Shown here: positions 29,485 to 40,017 of the stretch, in pieces
How the letters are laid out: the number at the start of each line of letters is the position of its first letter
How positions within the stretch are numbered: position 1 is the stretch's first letter
Assembly (NCBI GenBank): GCA_016214005.1
Contig: JACRPK010000001.1
Coordinates: 23,823-87,822 of the forward strand
Direction: 5' to 3'
Origin: Candidatus Wolfebacteria bacterium
Lineage (GTDB): Bacteria > Patescibacteriota > Minisyncoccia > UBA6257 > UBA9933
DNA length: 64,000 nt
Notes under the pieces: model-generated
Seen by the model: only the letters and a program-made list of their open reading frames with translations
What the model was told of the DNA's origin: nothing
The model's database searches: none
Translations under genes and position numbers: made by a program

Positions 29485-30291
29485 ATGAATTATCAGAAAA
29501 AATTTTCGGAAAATTCTTTGCCAAAAACTTCATGGGGAAAAGTCGCAGATTGGTATGATGATTTGTTAAAACAAGAAGGAACCTATCAAAAAGATCTTAT
29601 TTTGCCGAATTTATTGCGGCTTTTAGATATTAAAAAAAACGAAATTATTTTTGATATTGCCTGCGGTCAGGGATTTTTTGCCAGGGAATTTTATAGAGAA
29701 TTTCTTAAAAAAGGCGTTCGCGTTATCGGCTCGGATATTTCCAAAGAATTGATAGCGATAGCCAGGAAAAATTCGCCAAAAGAAATAAAATTTGAAGCTG
29801 CTTCGGCTGACAAGCTTGATTTTTTGGCGGCTGGCAGCGTTGATAAAATTACGATTATTATGGCTATTCAAAATATTGAAAATGTCAGCGAAGTTTTAAA
29901 AGAATGCGAGCGCGTTTTAAAACCAGCTGGAAAATTGTTGATGGTAATGAGCCATCCGGCTTTTCGCGTTCCAAAACAAAGCTCTTGGGGATATGACGAA
30001 AAAAATAAAATTCAATATAGACGCATAGACAGCTATCTTAGCGAGTCAAAAGTAAAAATTCAGATGCATCCGGGCGATAAACCATCGGAATATACGATTT
30101 CATTTCATCGGCCATTGCAGTTTTATTTCAAACTTTTCGGGAAAAATAATTTTTGCGTGAGCCGCTTAGAAGAATGGAATTCAAACAGAAAAAGCCAGCT
30201 CGGCCCGCGCGCCGCGGCAGAAGATAAATCTAGAAAAGAAATTCCATTGTTTATTTTTATGGAAGCGGTTAAGGCGCGCAATAAGATGTAG
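29485..30291 (+). CDS. Class I SAM-dependent methyltransferase
   Basis: FDIACGQG motif I; RVLKPAG; FHRPL. Confidence 0.85.
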   Translation: MNYQKKFSENSLPKTSWGKVADWYDDLLKQEGTYQKDLILPNLLRLLDIKKNEIIFDIACGQGFFAREFYREFLKKGVRVIGSDISKELIAIARKNSPKEIKFEAASADKLDFLAAGSVDKITIIMAIQNIENVSEVLKECERVLKPAGKLLMVMSHPAFRVPKQSSWGYDEKNKIQYRRIDSYLSESKVKIQMHPGDKPSEYTISFHRPLQFYFKLFGKNNFCVSRLEEWNSNRKSQLGPRAAAEDKSRKEIPLFIFMEAVKARNKM

Positions 30292-30343
30292 ACACGGATA
30301 GATTCTTCATATAAAATTATTTAAAATAACAAATTATAAAAAT

Positions 30344-30625
30344 ATGATTTCACAATTGCCGATTGATTTTAATAAAGTAAAAAAAGAAGATATTGATAAA
30401 GAAATTTTGAGGATTGGCATTATTGCCGAGCTTGATGCTGTCAATCTTTATGAGCAATTAGCCGTCAAAACTGAAAACGAACAAATTAAAAAAGTAATGA
30501 TGAATATTGCCAGGGAAGAAAAAACACATATTGGAGAATTCCAGGCGCTTTTATTAAAATTAGACGCAGAACAAGTTGAAGAACTTAAGCGCGGCCAAAA
30601 AGAAGTAGATGAATTTTCACAATAA
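30344..30625 (+). CDS. Small ferritin-like/rubrerythrin-family protein
   Basis: AELDAVNLYEQ...EEKTHIGEF di-iron motifs. Confidence 0.8.
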   Translation: MISQLPIDFNKVKKEDIDKEILRIGIIAELDAVNLYEQLAVKTENEQIKKVMMNIAREEKTHIGEFQALLLKLDAEQVEELKRGQKEVDEFSQ

Positions 30626-33281
30626 TTGGCAAACGAAAACTTTATCCGAAATTTTTGAAGAATTGAAAACAAGCGAGCGCGGCCTTGATAAATCGGAGGC
30701 GGCTTTTCGGCTTAAACAATACGGAGCCAATAAGCTTTCGGAGCCAAAAATTGACAGTCTTTTTGTTATTTTTTTTCGGCAATTTGCGAATCCTCTTATT
30801 TATATTCTTCTTGCCTCCAGTCTTATTGTTTTTTTAATGGGAGAGATTATAGATGGCTCAATTATTCTTGCCGTGCTTTTATTCAATGCTATTGTCGGCA
30901 CTATTCAAGAGGGAAAAGCGCAAAATACGTTGCTTGCCCTTAAAAAACTTGTAGAGACAAAAGCCGTTGTTTTGCGGGAAGGAGAAGAATTTATTATTTC
31001 TGATACGGAAATCGTTTTGGGCGATATAATTTTCCTTTCGGAGGGCGAAAAAGTTCCGGCTGATGCGCGGATTATTTTTTCTAATAATTTGAATGTTGAC
31101 GAAGCGGCGATAACCGGCGAATCTGAGCCGGTGTATAAAATTGCGGATATTAAAGCAAAACAAAGCGTGTCGGAAATCTCTCCGGCAAATATGATTTTTA
31201 AGGGGACTCATATCGCTTCAGGAAATGGACAGGCGGTAGTTGTCGCAACCGGAGTTGGCACTATTATTGGAAAAATTGCTAAACAAATTGCCTCTATTGA
31301 TACGGAAATTCCGTTAAGAGCGAATATTCGAAATTTATCGCGGATTATTATTTGGGCGGTTTTAGGAATCAGCGCGGCGCTTTTTGCCGTTGGGATTACT
31401 TATGGAAAATCAATAAAAGAAATGTTTGCCACGGTTGTTTCTCTTTCTGTTTCGATAATTCCCGAAGGCTTGCCGATCGTGGTGACTCTTATTCTTGCGA
31501 CCGGAGTTTGGCGAATGAGCAGACAAAATGTTTTGGTTAAAAAATTACAGGCGGTCGAGTCTCTTGGTCAAGCAAAAATTATTGCTGTTGATAAAACAGG
31601 CACGATTACAAAAAATGAGCTCGTTGTTCAAAAAATATATGTTGACGGAAAAATTTTTGATATTGGAGGCGTTGGTTATGAACCCAATGGTGAAGTTTAT
31701 TTTAACGGGCAGATTGTCGATCCGATAAATCATCCAGAGCTTCTTTTAGCCGGAAAAATTGCCGCATTTTGCGCTGATGCTAGATTGATGTTTTCCGAAG
31801 AATTAAAGGAATGGAAAATTAGCGGCGATCCGACAGAAGCGGCTATGCTTGTTTTTGCGGAAAAACTTGGGATTAAAAAATATTCAATAGAACAAGAAGC
31901 GCCGATTGTCGCGCAAATGCCGTTTGATTATAGGCTCAAATATCATGCTGTTGTTCATGGCGGTGAAAACCCCATGCTTACGGTTGTCGGCGCGCCGGAA
32001 GTAATCTTGGAACTTTCAGAAAAAATTTGGCGTAGTGGTAAAAATCATCCTTTTTCAAAAAAAGAAAAAGAAGAATTAGAATCAGTGTATCTTTCTTTTT
32101 CTGAAACAGGATTGCGGGTTGTCGCTTTGGCTCAAATTAGCAGCGCGCCGAAAATTCTTAAACCCGAAGCTATCCATAATCTTAACTTTATCGGTTTTTT
32201 TGGGATGAAAGATGCGCTTCGTCCGGAAATTTCGGTAGCTATGCGAAAAGCGAAAGAAGCCGGAGTGAAAGTTGTTATGATTACAGGAGATCATAAGACG
32301 ACCGCGCAGGCAATTGCTAAAGAGGCAGGAATTTATCAGGAAGGCGATTTAATAATTACAGGCGATGAAGTTGATAAATTTTCAGAAAGAGAATTATCGG
32401 AAAAAATAATTTATGCGAGCGTTTATGCCAGAGTTAACCCCGATCATAAATTGAAAATTATTAATGCCTACAGAAAACGAGGAGAAATTATAGCCATGAC
32501 AGGCGATGGCGTGAATGACGCGGCATCGCTTGTTGCCGCTGATTTAGGGGTGGCAATGGGAAAAATCGGAACAGAAGTTGCTAAAGAGGCCTCGGATATT
32601 GTTCTGCTTAATGATAATTTTGGGAATATTATTTCGGCGATAGAAGAAGGTCGAAGTATTTATAAAACCATCAAGAAGGTAATTTTGTATCTTTTTTCAA
32701 CGAGTCTTGGAGAGGTGCTTACGATTTCCGGGGCTTTATTTTTGGGTTTACCGCTTCCTGTTTTGCCGGCGCAAATTATCTGGCTTAATTTTATAACAGA
32801 TGGGTTTCTTGATGTGTCTTTGGCAATGGAGCCTAAAGAAAAAGGGCTTTTAAAGGGCAATTTTGAACACTCTCAAAAATATCTTGTTGATAAATTAATG
32901 TTAAAGCGAATGTTTTTTATGGCTTTGCCGATGGCAATAGGCACTTTATTTATTTTTAATAAATATGTTGGCGGCGATATGTTAAAAGCATGGACAATGT
33001 CATTAACCGTTCTTGCTGTTTTTCAATGGTTTAACGCTTGGAATTGTCGTTCGGAAGACAAATCAATTTTTAAGCTTAATCCATTTTCCAATAAATTTTT
33101 AATTGCCGCCACGCTTTTAATTATTTTTTTTCATTCATTGGCGATTTACACGCCAGTTATGCAAAAAGTGCTTCGCACTGTTGCGCTTAATTTTTCAGAT
33201 TGGGTTTTGATTGTTTCAGTTGCCGTATCTATTATTATAGTTGAAGAAATTCGTAAATTTTTGAAAAATTTTAAAAAATGA
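30609..33281 (+). CDS. P-type cation (Ca2+-like) transporting ATPase
   Basis: TGES, PEGL, DKTGT, MITGD and TGDGVND motifs. Confidence 0.95.
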   Translation: MNFHNNWQTKTLSEIFEELKTSERGLDKSEAAFRLKQYGANKLSEPKIDSLFVIFFRQFANPLIYILLASSLIVFLMGEIIDGSIILAVLLFNAIVGTIQEGKAQNTLLALKKLVETKAVVLREGEEFIISDTEIVLGDIIFLSEGEKVPADARIIFSNNLNVDEAAITGESEPVYKIADIKAKQSVSEISPANMIFKGTHIASGNGQAVVVATGVGTIIGKIAKQIASIDTEIPLRANIRNLSRIIIWAVLGISAALFAVGITYGKSIKEMFATVVSLSVSIIPEGLPIVVTLILATGVWRMSRQNVLVKKLQAVESLGQAKIIAVDKTGTITKNELVVQKIYVDGKIFDIGGVGYEPNGEVYFNGQIVDPINHPELLLAGKIAAFCADARLMFSEELKEWKISGDPTEAAMLVFAEKLGIKKYSIEQEAPIVAQMPFDYRLKYHAVVHGGENPMLTVVGAPEVILELSEKIWRSGKNHPFSKKEKEELESVYLSFSETGLRVVALAQISSAPKILKPEAIHNLNFIGFFGMKDALRPEISVAMRKAKEAGVKVVMITGDHKTTAQAIAKEAGIYQEGDLIITGDEVDKFSERELSEKIIYASVYARVNPDHKLKIINAYRKRGEIIAMTGDGVNDAASLVAADLGVAMGKIGTEVAKEASDIVLLNDNFGNIISAIEEGRSIYKTIKKVILYLFSTSLGEVLTISGALFLGLPLPVLPAQIIWLNFITDGFLDVSLAMEPKEKGLLKGNFEHSQKYLVDKLMLKRMFFMALPMAIGTLFIFNKYVGGDMLKAWTMSLTVLAVFQWFNAWNCRSEDKSIFKLNPFSNKFLIAATLLIIFFHSLAIYTPVMQKVLRTVALNFSDWVLIVSVAVSIIIVEEIRKFLKNFKK

Positions 33282-33520
33282 AAATATCAATAAAAGTAAA
33301 ACCAAGCGCAAAAATTGAAAAAATTGAAAAAATACCCGAACTTTTAATAGGAAAAAATGAAATAGATTTTAAGGTTTGGGTAAAAGAGCCGGCAAAAGAA
33401 GGTAAGGCGAATGAAGCTGTGATTAGAGCTCTGGCGAAATATTTCGGCGTTCCAAAATCAGCCGTAAATATCATTTCCGGCGCCGCGTCAAAACAAAAAA
33501 TTATTGAAATTATAAAATAA
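33278..33520 (+). CDS. DUF167 (YggU-like) protein
   Basis: VKP...PAKEGKANEAVIRALAKYFGV...G..SKQK. Confidence 0.85.
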   Translation: MKISIKVKPSAKIEKIEKIPELLIGKNEIDFKVWVKEPAKEGKANEAVIRALAKYFGVPKSAVNIISGAASKQKIIEIIK

Positions 33521-34230
33521 TGGATAGGGCAAGCGATATTAAAAAATCTTTACGCGGTTTCGCTAACAAAGAAAAAGCGAAAATTCTTGCGCGGTTTTTT
33601 AAAACTGGCAAAGGCGAATACGGCAATAGCGATATTTTTTTAGGCGTTATGGTGCCGCAACAGCGAAAAATCGCGGCTGAATTTAAAAATTTATCTTTCC
33701 AAGAAATTAAAAAACTTTTAAAAAGCAAAATTCATGAGGAGCGACTTACGGGCTTGATTATCCTGGTAAATCAATATAAAAGCGGCAATGAAATTTTGCG
33801 TGAAAAAAATTTTAAATTTTATCTTAAAAATATTTCCTGCGTAAATAATTGGGATTTGGTTGATTTGTCTTGTCGCGATATTGCGGGAAATTATTTAATT
33901 TCGTGTTCAGAAAAAAATAGAAAAATTCTTTATAAATTGGCGAAATCAAAAAATCTTTGGCACAGAAGAATTGCCATTGTTTCCACGTGGGCGTTTATTC
34001 GCATTGGCGATTTTAAAGACGCATTAAAAATTTCCGAAATGCTTTTAAGCGATAAGCATGATTTAGCGCACAAGGCTATCGGCTGGATGTTGCGGGAAGT
34101 CGGAAAAAAAGATGAGCCGACTTTGCGAAAATTTCTTAATAAAAATGTTTCTAAAATGCCGCGGACAACGCTTCGCTATGCTATTGAAAGATTTTCAGAA
34201 AAAGACAGGAAAAAATATTTAATAATGTAA
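33520..34230 (+). CDS. DNA alkylation repair protein (AlkD-like)
   Basis: FFKTGKGEYG, NNWDLVD, KAIGWMLRE and RYAIERF motifs. Confidence 0.88.
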   Translation: MDRASDIKKSLRGFANKEKAKILARFFKTGKGEYGNSDIFLGVMVPQQRKIAAEFKNLSFQEIKKLLKSKIHEERLTGLIILVNQYKSGNEILREKNFKFYLKNISCVNNWDLVDLSCRDIAGNYLISCSEKNRKILYKLAKSKNLWHRRIAIVSTWAFIRIGDFKDALKISEMLLSDKHDLAHKAIGWMLREVGKKDEPTLRKFLNKNVSKMPRTTLRYAIERFSEKDRKKYLIM

Positions 34231-34259
34231 ATTTTATTTTTTTGCATTATAATTATTTA

Positions 34260-34580
34260 ATGATAAGTTTTGATGATTTTAAAAAAGTTGAATTAAAGGT
34301 TGCGAAGGTAATTGAAGCGGAAAGAGTTGGGGGTTCAGAAAAACTTTTAAAACTTCAAGTTGATTTGGGCGCGGAGAAAAGGCAGATTGTAGCGGGCATT
34401 GGCAAATTTTATGAGCCGGAAAATTTAATTGGCAAAGAAATCGTGATTGTAGCCAATTTAGAACCAAGAAATTTAATGGGATTAGAAAGCCGGGGAATGG
34501 TTTTGGCGGCGAGCGATGAAGGCGGGCCGGTTTTACTTTTTCCGGAAAAAGATGTTTTACCCGGAGCGAATATCGGATAA
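34260..34580 (+). CDS. Stand-alone tRNA-binding OB-fold protein (MetRS C-terminal/Trbp111-like)
   Basis: FDDFKKVELKV...RQIVAGI...NLEPR..MGLESRGMVLA. Confidence 0.88.
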   Translation: MISFDDFKKVELKVAKVIEAERVGGSEKLLKLQVDLGAEKRQIVAGIGKFYEPENLIGKEIVIVANLEPRNLMGLESRGMVLAASDEGGPVLLFPEKDVLPGANIG

Positions 34581-34775
34581 AAATTTATTAATGGCTTTCG
34601 GATTGCCAAGCGTTATTTTTGCGATTTTGGGGGCTTTATTTGTATCTTATATTTTGCAGGATATTTTAAAATTTATTTTATAAAATTTTTATAAATATTT
34701 TAGAAAAATTTTATCTCTTATAATTCATAATATATTTAGATTTTTGGAAAAGGTCGAATAAAATAAAACAATATT

Positions 34776-34985
34776 ATGACCAATAAATTAAGCGTATTAG
34801 ATTGGATAGCCTTTATTCTTACAATTGTGGGCGGTGTCAATTGGGGATTAATTGGGGTTTTGAATTTTGATTTGGTGGCGATGATTTTTGGCGCGATGTC
34901 AATTGTCTCGCGAGTTATTTATGTGCTCGTCGGGTTGAGTTCTCTTTATTTAATAGTTATTTGTCCAAAATTGGCTAAACAATAA
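34776..34985 (+). CDS. DUF378 membrane protein
   Basis: LTIVGGVNWGLIG..FDLVA.IFG...YVLVGLS. Confidence 0.85.
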   Translation: MTNKLSVLDWIAFILTIVGGVNWGLIGVLNFDLVAMIFGAMSIVSRVIYVLVGLSSLYLIVICPKLAKQ

Positions 34986-34988
34986 ATT

Positions 34989-35023
34989 TCAAAAAGCGCC
35001 ATTATTTTATTGGCGCTTTTTGA
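34989..35023. terminator. Rho-independent terminator
   Basis: TCAAAAAGCGCCA...TGGCGCTTTTTGA. Confidence 0.8.
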
Positions 35024-35083
35024 TTTAATTATTAACAGAATGAAATTTATTGAAAAAATAAAATGTCAAAATAAATTAAAAAT

Positions 35084-35302
35084 ATGGAAAAAAATTTAAA
35101 AACTATAAAGTGTAGCGATTTCGGATTAAATTGCGATTTTGCGATAAAAGATGAAAATATGGAAGAGGTGGTTAAAAGAATTAAAGAGCACGGAATGTCT
35201 GTTCATCCAGAATCCGTTAAACAAATGATGGCCGGAAAATCGGAAGAGGAAATTGATAAAATAATAAAATCAAAAATTAAAGAAGAAAAGTGCGAGTGTT
35301 AA
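35084..35302 (+). CDS. DUF1059-like small metal-binding protein
   Basis: CSDFGLNCDF...EHGMSVH. Confidence 0.75.
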   Translation: MEKNLKTIKCSDFGLNCDFAIKDENMEEVVKRIKEHGMSVHPESVKQMMAGKSEEEIDKIIKSKIKEEKCEC

Positions 35303-35320
35303 ATAAAAAGAAGGTTTTTT

Positions 35321-35353
35321 AACAAAGCGTCTCTATCGGGGCGCTTTGTTTTT
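35321..35353 (+). terminator. Rho-independent terminator
   Basis: AACAAAGCGTCTC-TATC-GGGGCGCTTTGTT followed by T run. Confidence 0.7.
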
Positions 35354-35379
35354 GATAAAAATCATTATATTATTGTTTT

Positions 35380-36837
35380 ATGAAAGAAAAATTTTATATT
35401 ACAACTCCTATTTATTATGCAAGTGGCGCTCCGCATATTGGGCACGCTTTTACTACGATTTTCGCAGATGTTATTTCAAGATATAAGCGTTTGAAAAATT
35501 TTGATGTGTTTTTTTTAACGGGAATGGATGAACACGGCGCTAAAATAGCTGAATTGGCAAAAAAAACTCCGCAGGAATTTGTTGACGAATTGGCTGAAAA
35601 ATATATTGGTTTGTGGAAAGCGCTTGAAATTGAAAATAATGATTTTATCAGAACCACTTCGCAAAGGCATAAAAACGGCGTTTTGAATTTTTTTGAAAAA
35701 TTAAAAGAATCGGGAGATATTTATGAAGGATTTTACGAAGGCCTATATTGTGTTGGGTGCGAGGATTTTATTTTAGAAAGAAATTTGGTAAATGGCTTAT
35801 GTCCTGATCATTTAAAAAAACCAGAGCTTATTAAAGAAAAAAATTATTTTTTTAATCTTAAAAAATATTTGCCGGTTATAAAAGAAAAAATTGAAAAAAA
35901 TAAAATAAAAATTATTCCTGAAAGCCGGAAGAATGAAGCTCTAAACATTTTAAGCGGGGATTTGCCCGATTTTTCAATTACTCGGGAAAAAGTGAAATGG
36001 GGGATACCATATCCTTTTGATAAAAATCAAATTATTTATGTTTGGGTTGAAGCTTTGCTGAATTATATTACCGCTTTAGATTTTTCAATTGATTTTTCTA
36101 GTGGAGAAAAATTAAAAAAATATTGGCCGGCGGATGTTCATATTATCGGAGCGGAAATTAATAAATTTCACACAATTTTCTGGCCGGCTCTTTTGATGTC
36201 TGTTAATTTGCCTCTGCCTAAAAAGATTTTTATTCACGGACTTTTTACGATTAACGGCCAAAAAATGAGCAAGACATTGGGTAATATAATTGATCCGGAG
36301 AAATTGGCTGAAAAATTCGGAGCTGATGCCGTCCGCTATTTTTTGATTTCTCAATTTCCGGCTTCCGAGCATGGAGACATTAAAGAAGGTGGATTTGTTG
36401 AAAAATATAATTCTGATTTGGCAAACGGGATTGGCAATTTGTTCGAACGGACATTCACCATGGCTTTAAAATACGGAGCTGATTTTAAGAGTATTGACGA
36501 GGAAGTCAAAAAAAACAGTGATGAAATTATTAAAAAATATGAATTTCATATGGAAAATTTTGAGCTTTATGAATCTTTGCGCGAAGTTTTTATTTTGGCA
36601 AAATTTTTAGACAGATATTTAAACGATAAAAATCCGTGGACGCTTTATAAAAATAATCCGTCAAATCAGGAGATTTCTAAAATTTTAAATTCTGTTGTTT
36701 TTGGAATAGAGACAATTATTAAAATGCTCAATCCTTTTATGCCGGAAAAAATGAAAAATGCGGAAATTTTTTTGAATAAATTAAAAAATAAAGAAATCAA
36801 AGATGGGGATAAATTGAATTTATTTCCGAGGGTTTGA
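35380..36837 (+). CDS. metG: Methionine--tRNA ligase, short form
   Basis: YITTPIYY, HIGH, CxxC..CPDH and KMSKT motifs. Confidence 0.95.
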   Translation: MKEKFYITTPIYYASGAPHIGHAFTTIFADVISRYKRLKNFDVFFLTGMDEHGAKIAELAKKTPQEFVDELAEKYIGLWKALEIENNDFIRTTSQRHKNGVLNFFEKLKESGDIYEGFYEGLYCVGCEDFILERNLVNGLCPDHLKKPELIKEKNYFFNLKKYLPVIKEKIEKNKIKIIPESRKNEALNILSGDLPDFSITREKVKWGIPYPFDKNQIIYVWVEALLNYITALDFSIDFSSGEKLKKYWPADVHIIGAEINKFHTIFWPALLMSVNLPLPKKIFIHGLFTINGQKMSKTLGNIIDPEKLAEKFGADAVRYFLISQFPASEHGDIKEGGFVEKYNSDLANGIGNLFERTFTMALKYGADFKSIDEEVKKNSDEIIKKYEFHMENFELYESLREVFILAKFLDRYLNDKNPWTLYKNNPSNQEISKILNSVVFGIETIIKMLNPFMPEKMKNAEIFLNKLKNKEIKDGDKLNLFPRV

Positions 36838-36923
36838 TTAGATTTAATCTTTATTATTCGCATTTTGTAATTTTTGTGTTATATTTTTTTAGCTCTTAAT
36901 ATTTTAAAAAAGGGAGGCGCAAT

Positions 36924-37829
36924 ATGGAAAATGCCGCAGATGGAATAAAAATTTATATCCCTGGCGAAAATTTCTACAAAAAGTTAACGCCGTCAAGAAT
37001 GGCATATAATTTCTTCTGGTTTTTATTCATCTGGATTTTTTCAAATAAGGCCGGAGAATTTATTTTTGAAAAATCAAGCGAACATACGCGTTATATTAAA
37101 AAATACGCCAAGAGCCACAAAGCTCTTGAGGCAATGTATTGTTATGGCGGACTGAATTTAAAAAATAAAAATTTGAGGGAAGCTCTTTTTTCTTTTTTTT
37201 GGGAAGAAAGTTTCATCAATGCTCATGCCGCCAGAAATCGTTTAAAACTTGCGAAAAAAGAACTCAAAGACGCTTTTTTAGCTGTTGTCAAAAAGAAAAA
37301 AACCATAAAAGTTTTATCTTTGGCATCGGGTTCGGCAAGGGCAGTCATTGAAACAATGGCAGAATTAAAAAAAGATATGGGAGCGGATGTTAAAATAGAT
37401 GCGCGATTTGTTGATGTCAGCAAGCGGGCGTTGGAATATAGCAGACAATTGGCTGAACAATTCGAAGTTGATAAAAATTGCGTTTGGATTCAATCTCGCG
37501 CAAATGACTTTGGGAATTTTGTATATGGCGGTTGGAAGCCAGATATTGTTGAAATAGTCGGTTTGTTTGATTATTTTTCTGATAAAGATGCAGTTCACAT
37601 CGGAAGAATCATCTATGGGGAATTAGTGTCATGCGGATTTTTTATTTTCAGCAATGTCAATCATAATGCGGAAATGGAATTTATAAAGCATGTTATTGGT
37701 TGGGATATGATTTATAAAACTCCTTATCGGATAGTTCATATCGCCGAACAATCTGGATTTGATAAAAATAAAATTCGTCTTATTTACGAGCCCTTGGAAG
37801 TTCACGGACTTGTAGTGGCGAGAAAATAG
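36924..37829 (+). CDS. SAM-dependent methyltransferase-fold protein
   Basis: VLSLASGSARAV motif I-like; VDVS; GLFDYFSD. Confidence 0.65.
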   Translation: MENAADGIKIYIPGENFYKKLTPSRMAYNFFWFLFIWIFSNKAGEFIFEKSSEHTRYIKKYAKSHKALEAMYCYGGLNLKNKNLREALFSFFWEESFINAHAARNRLKLAKKELKDAFLAVVKKKKTIKVLSLASGSARAVIETMAELKKDMGADVKIDARFVDVSKRALEYSRQLAEQFEVDKNCVWIQSRANDFGNFVYGGWKPDIVEIVGLFDYFSDKDAVHIGRIIYGELVSCGFFIFSNVNHNAEMEFIKHVIGWDMIYKTPYRIVHIAEQSGFDKNKIRLIYEPLEVHGLVVARK

Positions 37830-37883
37830 TTTGTCGGGCTTTAATGATATGTTATAATATTATTAAAGCTTTTTTATTTTTAA

Positions 37884-39446
37884 ATGAATATCTTAAATAA
37901 TTTTTTTTCTATTTCCGGGGCTATAAATTGCTTTGTTGCTGTTTTATTCGGTATTTTAGTTTTATTCAAAAATCGAAATATTGCCAGCAATAAAATTTTT
38001 TTCTTTTTCGCTTTTTCGGTGGCTTTTTGGTCTTTTGGTTATTGGCGCTGGCTTTTGGCCCAATCCGAACAAAGCGCTATTTTATGGATAAAATTTTTAA
38101 CGCTCGGATCTTTATTTATCCCAACTTTTTATTTTCATTGGTTAATTTCTTTATTAGAAGGAGAGAAAATAGAAAAATATATTAAAAATATTCTTTATAT
38201 TTTGTCGGCGGTATTGACCGGATTTTTATTTTTTTCTGATTTAGTCATCAAAAATGTTGAAGTAAAATTGATTTTTCTTTATTGGCCGAATCCCGGAATT
38301 TTATACGATATTTTTATTGCGGTTTTTACCGGAGTGATAATTTATTCTTTAATTTTTCTTATAAAAAAATATTTTTCAGTTTCTGATTCTTTGAAAAAAC
38401 GTCGAATATTTTTTTTATTGCTTGGATCATTGATAGGTTTTGGCGGAGGGATAACAAATTTTTTTCTTTGGTATAATATCGGGGTTTTGCCGTACGCCAA
38501 TATTTTAGTAAGTTTCGGATTGTTTTTTTGGGCATATTCGGCGTTAAGACATCATCTTTTTGATATCAATATTATTGCTACGGAGCTATTCGTATTTTTT
38601 ATATGGATAGCGATTTTATTTGAAATGCTTATCGTCAATAATTTGAAAGAAAAAATATTTGACGGCGGATTGTTTTTGATAAGCATTATTTTCGGGATTT
38701 TTTTAGTTAAAAGCGTTTTGAAAGAAGTAAATCAGCGCAAAGAAATTGAAAAACTTAATGATTATAAAACAGAACTTTTATCAATAGTGGCGCATCAAAT
38801 TAAAAATCCATTGGTAATTATGAAGGATTATTCTTCTTTGATAGGCGATAAAACAATTTCTGATCCGATAAAAATTCAGGAAGCTGTTTTAAAAATAAAA
38901 AATTCAGCTAATAAGCTTTTGGATTTATTGAATAATCTTTTGGATTTTGGGCGGTTTGAAGATGGCAAAATGCATTATGATTTTGAGCGGATAGAATTGA
39001 ATAAATTATTAAAAAATATTGAAGAAGATTTTATTTTTGCGGCTCAAAGAAAAAATTTAGATTTGAAATTTGAATCATTGCCTGGAGAAATTTTTATCAA
39101 AGGGGATGTTCATAAATTTAATCAGGTATTTAGAAATTTGATTGATAATGCCATTAAATATACAAAAAGCGGATTTGTAAAAATTGAGATGATCGGCGCT
39201 AAAAATGATTCTAAAAAAGAAATTTTGATAAAAATAAGCGATTCTGGCATGGGTATTCAAAAAGAATTATTTGAAAATATTTTTAAAAAATTTGTTAGAG
39301 GGGGAGATGAAAAAGAAATTTTAGGCTCTGGCTTGGGACTTTATATCTGCAAAGAAATTGTTAGCGCTCATAACGGGGAGATTTGGGTAGAAAGTGAAGG
39401 GTCCGGGAAGGGAAGCATTTTTTACGTTAAATTGCCGCTATATTAA
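37884..39446 (+). CDS. Sensor histidine kinase with N-terminal multi-TM (HisKA_7TM-like) domain
   Basis: AHQIKNPL H-box, NLIDNAIKYT, DSGMG and GSGLGL boxes. Confidence 0.92.
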   Translation: MNILNNFFSISGAINCFVAVLFGILVLFKNRNIASNKIFFFFAFSVAFWSFGYWRWLLAQSEQSAILWIKFLTLGSLFIPTFYFHWLISLLEGEKIEKYIKNILYILSAVLTGFLFFSDLVIKNVEVKLIFLYWPNPGILYDIFIAVFTGVIIYSLIFLIKKYFSVSDSLKKRRIFFLLLGSLIGFGGGITNFFLWYNIGVLPYANILVSFGLFFWAYSALRHHLFDINIIATELFVFFIWIAILFEMLIVNNLKEKIFDGGLFLISIIFGIFLVKSVLKEVNQRKEIEKLNDYKTELLSIVAHQIKNPLVIMKDYSSLIGDKTISDPIKIQEAVLKIKNSANKLLDLLNNLLDFGRFEDGKMHYDFERIELNKLLKNIEEDFIFAAQRKNLDLKFESLPGEIFIKGDVHKFNQVFRNLIDNAIKYTKSGFVKIEMIGAKNDSKKEILIKISDSGMGIQKELFENIFKKFVRGGDEKEILGSGLGLYICKEIVSAHNGEIWVESEGSGKGSIFYVKLPLY

Positions 39447-39473
39447 TATAGGCATTAATGTTTATATAATTTT

Positions 39474-40016
39474 ATGAAAAAAAAATTTCAAAAATGCAAT
39501 GTTTATTCAGTGTTTACAGGAAGGCGCTGGCAGACAGGAGTTTCTTTGCTTGAACTTATTATTTATGTAGCGATTTTTTCAGTTGTGTCCTTGGTGATAG
39601 TCCAAATTTTTTTGGTGGTATTAAGGGGAAAAGATTTGGCCAATGCTCGTTTTGAAGTTTCTCAAAATGCCAGATTCGCTACGGAAAAAATCAGGCAGGC
39701 GGTTTTCGACGCATCTTCTGTTTCGATTTCCGGGAGCTGCCCTTTTAATATCTTGAATATTACAACCGGCGCAGCGACTTCATCTATATTTATAAATTCC
39801 GGAATTTTACAAATTTCTGATGCCTCGGGCACGAGCGAGATTACAGCGAATAAAGTGATTGCCACCAGTACGGACAATTGTTTATTTACAATAATTTCAA
39901 ATCCGGCCCCTGCCAAAGATACTATTCAAACAAAACTTAAAATAATGTATAATAGCCAGGGAAGAAGCGACTTAAATATAAGCCAATCCCAAGAAATAAC
40001 AGCATCGCTAAGGTAG
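39474..40016 (+). CDS. Prepilin-type protein
   Basis: G|VSLLELIIYVAIF class III signal with Glu at +5. Confidence 0.8.
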   Translation: MKKKFQKCNVYSVFTGRRWQTGVSLLELIIYVAIFSVVSLVIVQIFLVVLRGKDLANARFEVSQNARFATEKIRQAVFDASSVSISGSCPFNILNITTGAATSSIFINSGILQISDASGTSEITANKVIATSTDNCLFTIISNPAPAKDTIQTKLKIMYNSQGRSDLNISQSQEITASLR

Positions 40017-40017
40017 T

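Noticed and set aside
30609-30665. P-type ATPase N-terminus WQTKTLSEI resembling the hsdS leader
   Set aside because: It fits the normal cation-ATPase N-terminal region and lacks the shared nucleotide core; likely coincidence.
34260-36837. Split metG as a pseudogene
   Set aside because: Short MetRS and free-standing Trbp111-like proteins are both well-known intact forms.
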